Shown: piece after piece, positions 54,781 to 64,000 of the stretch
How the letters are laid out: each line of letters starts with the position of its first letter
Numbering within the stretch: the first letter of the stretch is position 1
From: Eledone cirrhosa
Taxonomy: Eukaryota
DNA: 64,000 nt
Reading direction: 5' to 3'
NCBI GenBank assembly: GCA_964016885.1
Contig: OZ024747.1
Span: 61,628,001-61,692,000, forward strand
Position numbers and translations under genes: made by a program
The notes under the pieces: generated by a model
Seen by the model: the letters and a program-made list of their open reading frames with translations, nothing else
What the model was told of the DNA's origin: nothing
Database searches by the model: none

Positions 54781-55892
54781 CAACATTCATTCACTCAAAC
54801 AAAAGCAAAACGACATTGATATATCGCTGTCTTTTGCTATTTTCCTGTTAAAAGTGATTATCTCCCCCTAGATTCCTTCTTCTATATTACATTACACATG
54901 GTTGATTTTGAACTAAATGGACACAACAGATACTTCAATGTAATATATTCCTTCAATAATTGAAACAGACTGCTTTTCATAGTATAAATAAAATATAACT
55001 TTCTCAGAATTTAACAATATTTGCACAGACATTTCATATGGAAACCAACATTCCCAAATGAATTTATGTAATCTTGTTTAGCCATAGGTCAGTCCTAACC
55101 AAGCATACATCTGAACAAAAACGTTCCCATATCAAATTTGTTCTTTTGGATGATAGAGTGTTTTGAGGGCTATTTCACTGCGATTTTTAGGAAGACAAGC
55201 AATGTTATGGCTCTCTAATCTCATCTATATAAAATATATACATTTAGATTACATATTCAACCTACTTGGCTCTTACGAGGGTCGGCTGACCAAGATACTC
55301 TCATGGAACGACAAAATGAGGTTTATTTTTCAACATATCCCTAGAAAGAAACAATGTGGTTATTAATAAGAAGATTTCGCAACACTAGCATCACTCCTTC
55401 ATAGTCACCCGATAACATTTTCAGCCATCTCTTGTGCTTCAAATTTCTTTAAAACATTTCTAATAACATTTCTTTACATTCTGTGTCTATCAACATATTT
55501 ACTTTCATTAGGAATTCTAAAAAATAAGTGTAGTGGAAAGATGGTTAATAATCTTGTGAATGTCTACCAAGTCAGTTGCCAGATGTCTCAGCTTTAATGT
55601 AGATAACAACGTTAAATCAATGTTGTCTGCTATTTCCTTGTGAAAAAAAACAAACGCATTATCTCCCCATAGATGTCTTAGTCTATATTACATTTAACAA
55701 CTCACCTTACTGAGTGGTTAGGTGTTGCCTGTGAGTGTGCTTGGCTGTTTCAGCACCTTAGACTCACCATCACCTGGCCTTACCGAAGTGTTGTGTTGCA
55801 TGTGAGGGTGCCTGGCTGTTTCAGCACCTTAGCCTCACCATCACTTGGTCTTACCGAAGTGTCATGTGATTGACAATATACACAGAAATTGA

Positions 55893-56795
55893 ATGAAGAC
55901 TGTGTTAACACTGCTACTTGGAGTTGTTTACCGTCCCCCAAATTACCATCAGGACACTCAACTTTGTGATATCCTCAGAGTTTCTGCCAAGAAAACAGCC
56001 ACTTATGTTTTCATTGCAGGGGACTTCAATCACCCTGAGATTGACTGGGAAACCTTTCGTTGGCCACAAAGTGCAAATGACTTCCTTGAGCTAGTGCTGG
56101 ACTCGAACTGGTCCTAAGTAGTCACCTTCCCAACAAGAGGTGACAACCCTTTGGATCTACTCTTCACCACTACTCCTGAAATGGTCATTAGTGTTACTGC
56201 TGAGGAACCTTTAGGTGACTCTGATCATGCTATGATCATTGCCAATCTATCCCTCATGGGCAGTAACAAAAGCCACAACCATCTCCAAACTGCTCACTTT
56301 GACTGGAATAAAGCAGACTGGAACTGTTACTGCACCGAGCTGCAATGTCCAAACTGGCTTGAGTTCTACGACTCTGGAGATGTCAACACTGTACTCCAGA
56401 ACATCCTGAACTCAATATGGACAGCATGTGCAGCATCGGTGCCACGTAAGCAGAAAAAACATCCCGAAAGTGCAATTTAGGAGACTGCAGCAGTCCGTCT
56501 TGCCAGAAAAGAATGTTGTAATGCTGAACGTGAGTACAAACTGCATAAATCAGATATCAATAGGAAGAGGCGAAATAAATCATCCAACCACCTCAAACAG
56601 GTGACATAAAAGGCAGTGCTTCAATTAGAGTGGCACATAGCAACAAGCCCTGACAGTAAGGTGTTCTGGAAGTATGTTCACTCAAAGCAGAGGCCTCACT
56701 CTCCAGTTGGTCCTCTTCGCAGTGGTGACAGTCAAGTTTGCAACAAACTTGACTGTCACCACTGAATATGAACCTGAAGATTGCGAAAGCATGAA
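55893..56795 (+). pseudogene. Degenerate AP-endonuclease region of a CR1/L2/Jockey-group LINE ORF2
   Basis: GVVYRPP, IAGDFNHPEIDW, V.FPTRGDNPLDLLFT, LGDSDH, DWNKADW; in-frame stops. Confidence 0.88.
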
Positions 56796-56900
56796 AGTAC
56801 TTCTTCAATTAACATTTAATATTCTACCATACTATATCATTATAATTTTAAAGGATTGTTAATAAAATGAGTAAATCAGATGAAGTTGGAATTCCTTTTA

Positions 56901-56940
<40 letters not shown>

Positions 56941-56943
<3 letters not shown>

Positions 56944-57090
56944 GATATTGACAAATGGAAACTATATTTATAAAATATAGTTTCCATTTGTTAATATCGT
57001 ATTTTTACTCCAAATATTTGTTGAGTGCTTTATATCAGTTATAAAAATATTTGCTTGTTGTATCCCAACAATTTAAATAGAACTCTTACA
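56941..57090. mobile_element. Mini fold-back (hairpin 56941-57001) plus tail; same family as 59160-59292
   Basis: 29-bp arms with one G-T pair; tail TACTCCAAATATTTGTTGAGTGCTTTATATCAGTT shared with 59209 and 59460. Confidence 0.75.
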
Positions 57091-57105
57091 TATATATATA
57101 TATAT

Positions 57106-58101
57106 TGAATTTTGTGATGCGAGTACATTGACTATTTGCAACACAAACTTCCAGAAACCTGCCAATCACCTAATAACCTACAAATCTGGTGAGCACATAA
57201 GCCAGATTGACTTCTTGCTAGTTAGGCAGCGGGACAGGCAGATAGTGTCTAATACCAAGGCATACCCTGGGGAAGAATGTACCCCACAGCATAGGTTAGT
57301 TGTTAGTGATATCTCAGTAAGCAAGAGATGGAATGAGACATATAGGAAGGTGTGGAGAAGAAAGGTCTGGAAGCTAAAAGACCTTTCACTAAAATACAAA
57401 TTTAGGAAAGCCCTTCAAGATGTATATGACGAAAAAGAAGACGATTTAGAGACGTATGACATAGATAATAACTGGAATTTCTTACGTGACAACTTACTGC
57501 AGGCTACTGATGAAACCTGTGGCTGGAGCAGAGCTCCAACCAGACAGAGAGTGACCTGGTGGTGGAACAGCACAGTAGATAAGGCTATTAGAGACAAAAG
57601 ACTAGCATGGAAGGCTTGGAAAAAGGGTGGGTGTAGGGAAGAATATACAGCCACTAAGAGAGAAGCTAGACGTCAGGTGTACTTAGCACGCAAGGAGGCA
57701 GAGAGTAGGAGGTTTGCCAATGTTCTGCGACGGAAAGATCAGAGGCGTGCGGCGTTCCACATTGCAAGGCAGTGTGTCAATGCAAATCAGGATGTTGTTG
57801 GAGATAAATGTGTCCGGGATGATGCCGGTGTACTTAGTGTCACGAATGATCAGAAAAAGGAGGCCTGGAAATGTCATTATGAGAGACTGATGAATGTGGA
57901 GAACGAATGGGAGAGAGAGAAATTACCCTTGGTAGATCCGACAGAGGGACCAGCTATTGAGATTGACGAATATAGGGTCCAAGAGGCGATTAGGGAAATA
58001 AAAAATGGTAAGGCGGCCGGACCATCGGGAATAGTTGCTGAGATGCTGAAGGCATCAGGGGACGTAGGCAGGGAAAAGCGGACGTAAAATGATGATGATG
58101 A

Positions 58102-58105
<4 letters not shown>
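57106..58105 (+). mobile_element. RTE LINE internal fragment (endonuclease end, linker, RT start) joined to an RTE/SINE-A 3' tail
   Basis: 319-codon ORF with NTNFQK..HLITYKSG..QIDFLL, QHRLVV, TWWWN, GKAAGPSGIVAEMLKASG, then GCAGGGAAAAGCGGACGTAAAAT(GAT)n. Confidence 0.9.
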
Positions 58106-58130
<25 letters not shown>

Positions 58131-58135
<5 letters not shown>

Positions 58136-58471
58136 TATTAATAAATGGAAACTATATTTATAAAACCATATTTATTTCATTATATATATTTCAAGGATAC
58201 CAAGTTAAATCATGGTATGCCTTCATCAGACAAAATACAATATATAATAGTTTTACAAATACATGCTTACACATGCAATTTTTGATTGCAGATATACATA
58301 ACTTAACAGCCATAAATGCAGAAAAGTTAATCCTATATATTTGTAGATATATACTAAAATTTTTTAATTAATAACACAAGGAGTGTATAGCAATAAATAA
58401 AAAATCACTTATGCTTTGTATGTATACATTGTGTGTGGGAGTAGATATAATGTATATCTCTGAGTGAGTGA

Positions 58472-58521
<50 letters not shown>

Positions 58522-59289
58522 ATGCACCTTTGTCTATGTATATGTGATATACGATAGATAATTTCTCTAGCAATATATTTATTTTGTAGTGTTTAAATTC
58601 CAATTTTTAATATATTGATCTCAATTTTAAACTAAATATATAATCATAATTAAACAATGTGTAATTTCTCATATTATATATCTATATTCCATTCACGAAT
58701 ATTAATATTTCTAATTTTATTTATTCATTTCATCTCAATTGTTAACTCAACTTAATATAACATAACTTATGGTTTTCGTTCTCTCCCCCCTCTCTCTATC
58801 TATGCATATCTCTCTCTTGAGCTCTTTCTATGTCTGATGTTTTGATATCTCCCCGTTATTTTTCCTCTGTTCTCTTTTCTTTTTTGCTTTCTTCTTTTTC
58901 TTTATCTATCTTTCCCTTTCTTTTCTCCACGTTTCTCTCTCTATCTCTCTCTCTCTCTCTCTCTCCATCTTTTTACTTACTCTTAACACTATGACTTACT
59001 AAAGTAAACAAACCACTATCCGGATGGCCTCCAAAAACAACGGTCACCTTTTTGAAAGGGTATGTCAATTATCTATTTGTAAAACTGTTATATATTGTAT
59101 TTTGTCTGATGAAGGCATACCATGATTTAACTTGGTATCCATTAAATATATATAATGAAATAAATATGGTTTTATAAATATAGTTTCCATTTATTAATAC
59201 TGTATATCTACTCCAAATATTTGTCGAGTGCTTTATATCAGTTATAATAATATTTGCTTGTTGTATCCCAACAATTTAAATTGAACTTT

Positions 59290-59292
<3 letters not shown>
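58131..59292. mobile_element. Probable Penelope-like remnant: ~131-bp inverted repeats (58131-58261 / 59074-59204) plus 3' tail
   Basis: Arms reverse-complementary with few mismatches and containing a hammerhead motif; flanked by (TA)n. Confidence 0.7.
58173..58237 (-). ncRNA. Type I hammerhead ribozyme
   Basis: Minus strand TATTTTGT-CTGATGA-AGGCATACCA..TGGTATCCTT-GAAA-TATATA-TA-ATGAAATA; palindromic stem III ATATATAT. Confidence 0.7.
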
Positions 59293-59337
<45 letters not shown>

Positions 59338-59540
59338 AATGAAGTAATTCCATCGGAAAAGTCCAGGAAAAAAGAGTGCTCTATGTATGCAACAGAGCTT
59401 AATTATTATTAAATAATAATTATAATAATAATTATAATAATAATAAATATATATATATATACTCCAAATACTAGTTGAGTGCTTTTATATCAGTTATAAA
59501 TATTTACTCGTTGTAACCCAACAATTTAAATAAAACTTTG

Positions 59541-59614
<74 letters not shown>

Positions 59615-59616
59615 TG

Positions 59617-59888
59617 TGGAGGCATATGCCTTACTGGTTAGAGCATCGGGCTTGCAATCGAAAGGTTGTGAGTTCAATTCTCGGACCGGGTGATGTATTG
59701 TTTCCTTGAGCAACACACTTTATTTCACATTGCTCCAGTTTACTCAGCTGTACTGCAAAGTGGTCGTGGAGGTGCCACGGCAAAAAAACACCTACCACTC
59801 ATTGTAAATGAGTGCCCTGTAGAAATCAAGCCAGAATCAGTTCCTGTCCCACCCTTGCAAGCAGGGAAAAGCGGATGTAAAATGATGA

Positions 59889-59892
<4 letters not shown>
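59617..59892 (+). mobile_element. Family-A SINE with internal deletions
   Basis: Head, core and tail present; two internal segments missing. Confidence 0.88.
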
Positions 59893-59930
<38 letters not shown>

Positions 59931-60400
59931 AAGACCGATGATATTTCATTTACATGTATTTAGATGTTTAATGTGTATCAACCTGTTACGTGCATTTGGC
60001 AGAGGATTGACTCAGGATCCCCATAGATGTTGTGGAGCTGACTCCAGTATCAGTTTGCCCTTCAGACTGGTGATGTGATAAAAATATAATAATATATACA
60101 CTCTGCCTGTGCATAGAGTGGATGTTTTGGTACCACCACCATTCACTGAATCACCTACACTTAACCAGTCAGAAATGGTCCAGGTATCTTCAGCCCTTCT
60201 GTATCTACCGTAGTTATGCTATATGTATAGCCGTTACCTTTGGTCGGTTTTCTTTGGGTGTCACACTTTAAAACTGTTGTGTTTTACTCTGGACCTAATG
60301 TTTGGTTTTAACTTTCGATCCTTTGAGTGCTTTGTGATTACCTCAAACAAATCGAATAGTACTTGCTGTACAACAGCTAAACTTTGATTTACAAATATTA

Positions 60401-60926
60401 TCTATATATATAAAGCTGTGGTTGTCTGTCTGTCTATCGATTTTTGGCACACATCTCCTCTTAGAATCTCTGACGGAATTGCACCGAAATTGCTATACTT
60501 GTACATTGAGCCCTAGCGAAGACATCGGAAAAAAATATTTCAAATTGACCCACCCTATGTGACGAAATCGAATCTAATGTATCGATTTTTGAGCGTAAGT
60601 GACGAGTTATTTCCCTTTGTTCTGTTTACATTGAGCGTCTTACGTTGTTTTTTTCTGCGTTGCAGTGTTTACATTTTCGATCTTTGTTAATAAATAACCA
60701 GTGCAGTTTTTATCTCCAGCATCCTCTTTTGTTATAACATTCGGGTTATCGTTATGTTTTCTTAACTTCATAAGGCATATTGTTGGTTGAGGGAATATTA
60801 ATCAAAAACACCACATGCAAGTCTGCACAGTAGACACTACAGTTTTTAAGCCAAAAAAGAAACTTAACACTGTAACTTTAACACAGCTATTGAGCGACCC
60901 CGAGCAACGCCGGGCTTTACTGCTAG
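60401..60926 (+). mobile_element. Non-autonomous Helitron
   Basis: A|TCTATATATATAAAG 5' end; subterminal hairpin CCCGAGCAACGCCGGG; CTAG|T 3' end; no TSD. Confidence 0.85.
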
Positions 60927-61128
60927 TAATATATATATGTGTGTGTGTGTTAAATATTTCTGTACAAAAGGTAAAGGAAAGAAGAGTGCTCTATACTATG
61001 TATAGTATAGAGCTATCTAATACTATGTATAACTATTTCATCAGATGAACAGGCTGGACGTTTCTGTAAGAACCGTCTTGTTTCTTGAAACCTTTGGTAA
61101 TGGAATCATTTTATTGTGTTGTTTATTA

Positions 61129-61468
61129 TGGAGGCACATGGCTTAGTGGTTAGAGCATTGGCCTTGCAATCGAAAGGTTGTGAGTTCAATTCTCAGACCG
61201 GGTGATGTGTTGTTTCCTTGAGCAAGACACTTTATTTCACATTGCTCCAGTTTACTCAGCTGTAGAAATGAGATGATAGGACCGGGGTCCCTATCATTCC
61301 ACTGCAAAGTGGTCGTGGAGGTGCCACAGCAAAAAAGCACCCAGCACTCACTGTAAATGAGGTTGGTGTTAGGAAGGGCATCCAGCTGTAGAAATCAAGC
61401 CAGAATCAGTTCCCGTCCCACCCTTGCAAGCAGGGAAAAAGCGGACGTCAAAATGAAATGATGATGAT
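61129..61468 (+). mobile_element. Full-length family-A SINE
   Basis: Near-identical to 47061-47405. Confidence 0.92.
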
Positions 61469-61885
61469 ATATATATATATATGTATATATAGATAGATAG
61501 ATAGATAGATACATATATATATACATATATGCATGAATATATTCCAACAAAAACAAAAGAAAGACATTAAAAAAATAACAATATATTATTTGATATTTGG
61601 ATTTTCAGTTATCTAGTTAGTGTTGTTATTGTTGTTGTTTATCTGTTTCTTAGCATTTCTCCATGTTTTCCTAGATGTTCCTAGCTTTATTCTTATTAGT
61701 TCCATAACCATTGCCTATGTTGTTAGTTCTGTAATCATTCCTGACAACCGAATGTCGATCTATTCATGCATTCAATTATATAAAATCTAAATTCTAACCA
61801 TTTCATTGCATCTTTCTCACTAATTCAACGTTTTCTTCATCAGAATTATTTATTAAAACTTACTTCAAACAATTCCATTTGGTTT

Positions 61886-61918
<33 letters not shown>

Positions 61919-62429
61919 AAATATATTTGTTTATATATATATACATATATCTTTCAAAATAAATCTGTAACTTAGCAAACATGAAATAAGGAATTTGAAA
62001 ATTAAAATAAAAAAGAAATTCTGAAACCAAAATCATCCTAGATTTATTTTTTCTTTCTAGAGATCCATGAAGGAGAAAAATAACAGGTTTAACTCAAAGG
62101 TTTTATATATAATATTTCAATAACAATCCTGGAAGTTTAAATGTAGAATTTTCTATATGCAATATATCGCCTATAAGTTCATATGTACTTTTTTTCTATG
62201 TGACTGTACATAGCCTAGTGGTTAAGTTGTTCAACGCACAATTGCAATAACATAAGAATGATTCCTGGCAGTGGGTTGATCCTTGAGCAAGACTTTTTAT
62301 TTCTGTTTCACATTATTGCTGTTCACTCAGCTGTCAAAATGAGCTGTAATTCAAAGGACTATGTGTATCAAATGCTGAATCTCCCTGAGGTCTATATTAC
62401 ACATGTTTGAGGAATGCTCAGCCACTTGC

Positions 62430-62882
62430 ATATATATATGCACTCACATATACACTCACCAAAACACGCACACACATCCACCAAAATACACATACACACA
62501 CCAGAACACACACAAAAACATACATACATGCACCAAAATACACATACATCCACCAAATTACACATATGCACACACATGCACACACCAAAACACACATGCA
62601 CACTCCCACTTCCACCCCTACCCCACATACTCTCTCCCCCCAAACACCCACCCACCCCCACACACACACTCTCCCCCTGCTACCCCTCCCCACACTCAGC
62701 CATCCCCCACCAGAGAGCTCCCATGTACTTTAAAGATTCCCCATCAAACTGTGACAACCCTAACCCCTTATTTTTTTAGGAACTCCTCATCAAAGGACCT
62801 TGATCGAAGCACATTTCACATCATGTTAGTGTGAAACTGAAATTAAAAGGATAATTAAGAATTGATAATTAGCAGTAAAGGC

Positions 62883-62915
<33 letters not shown>

Positions 62916-63165
62916 GGTGGTGGTGGTGGTGGTGGTAGTAGTAGCAGCAGTAGTAGTAGTAGTAGTAGCAGTAGTAGTAGTAGCAGTAGTAGTAGTAGTA
63001 GTAGTGGTAGTGGTGGTGGTGGTGGTGGTGGTGGTGGTGGTGGTAGTTGTGGTGGTAGTAGTAGAAGCAGTAGTAGTAGTAGCAGCAGTAGTAGTAGTAG
63101 CAGTAGTAGTAGTACTAGTAGCAGCAGTAGTAACAGTAGTAGTAGTAGTAGTAGCAGCAGTAGTA
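62430..63165. repeat. CA-rich tract and (GTA)/(GGT) trinucleotide array
   Basis: Directly visible. Confidence 0.9.
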
Positions 63166-63513
63166 CATGTCTCACCACCACCATATCCTCCTCCCATTCC
63201 TCATCATATGCCACTCCCACCATGCCCTTCCTCTGTAATTGACAGGTGTTATTTCCAGGAAGAGGAAAAAAATGTTTCATAAATTTACTCAAAACACACT
63301 CGAAAACCAAAATAAAATATAATAAAATAAGATAAAATGAGATAAAACAAAATCAAATAAAATAAGGTAAACCCATCAAACATGTTTTCTGGTTGCAGGG
63401 GGGGGGGGGGAGAAAATTATGATAGAGAGAGAAAGGAGAAAATTTATTTGTGTTTGTATGGGTTTGCTGGATCTGCAAATAAGCCCATAGCAGTGGAGAC
63501 ATCCGGTGTCCTT

Positions 63514-63708
63514 AAGGGTTGGATTTATACCTAAGTGTGCCCGAGGAATGTCAGGTTGGGGCGCTCATACACAAAATATTAGAATACACAGCAAACCCCC
63601 CCAAAATTTTACATATCAAAGTTAGCTTGGCGCAAGTAATTGGAATTGAAAATTTATACACACAGGTATTAAATCACAAAATTCTAACGATCCTAAAACT
63701 AAAAGGCC
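63514..63708. mobile_element. Partial hAT-type MITE, cut off next to a LINE 3' end
   Basis: AGGGTTGGATTTATACC terminus; body matches reverse complement of 10275-10490. Confidence 0.65.
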
Positions 63709-63709
63709 C

Positions 63710-64000
63710 ATGATGGGGCACCACCGTTGTTGCTACACATTCTATCTCCAGCCTATGTTGGCTGGCCATTGGTGTAAGAGGGAGTTCATTGCTGCTGCCC
63801 TTAGGTTACCTTTGTACCATGCTGTGGGCTCATCCAGGATCCTGGATAGCAGGGTGTCGAGATGTTTCTTGAAAACATCCACGTCCACACCATGCAGATC
63901 TCTCAAATTTCTTGGCAGCTTGTTGAAGAGTTGAGGGCCTTTGAATCCCAGGCTATTGCAATATCTGCTCTTTATTCTAGATGTAGAAGACGGAATCTTT
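63710..64000 (-). mobile_element. 3' end of a CR1-group LINE ORF2; element continues beyond the window
   Basis: Minus frame reads NSLGFKGPQLFNKLPRNLRDL..VFKKHLDTLLSRILDEP..RAAAMNSLLHQ, stop at 63742-63744. Confidence 0.8.

Noticed and set aside
55274-55345. Mariner-like end TA-CGAGGG
   Set aside because: No matching second TIR found
61815-61850. Minus-strand AATT-CTGATGA-A-GAAA-ACGT-TG-AATT
   Set aside because: No stem II and G at the cleavage position

Overview
AT-rich, extremely repeat-dense eukaryotic DNA, probably intronic or intergenic. The repeat complement (RTE LINEs with (GAT)n tails, tRNA-derived SINEs, very long TA/CA/GGT microsatellites) suggests a mollusc, most likely an octopus; this is inference, not demonstrated. 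No host protein-coding exon could be supported, and nearly all ORFs in the track are microsatellite translations. Real coding remnants are all retrotransposon-derived: a 557-codon RTE reverse-transcriptase ORF (24257-25930), an inverted sister copy, several other RTE fragments and two CR1-group LINE fragments. There are at least four SINE families, piggyBac-, hAT- and pogo/Tigger-type MITEs, and a non-autonomous Helitron. The most interesting signal is a set of fold-back insertions in (TA)n tracts with an inverted-copy-plus-tail geometry. Two of them carry type I hammerhead ribozymes with a complete catalytic core and an 8-nt palindromic stem III (30216-30297 with a mirror at 30024-30105, and 58173-58237), as expected for Penelope-like element termini. 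Coordinates were read by eye; ends of old elements are approximate.
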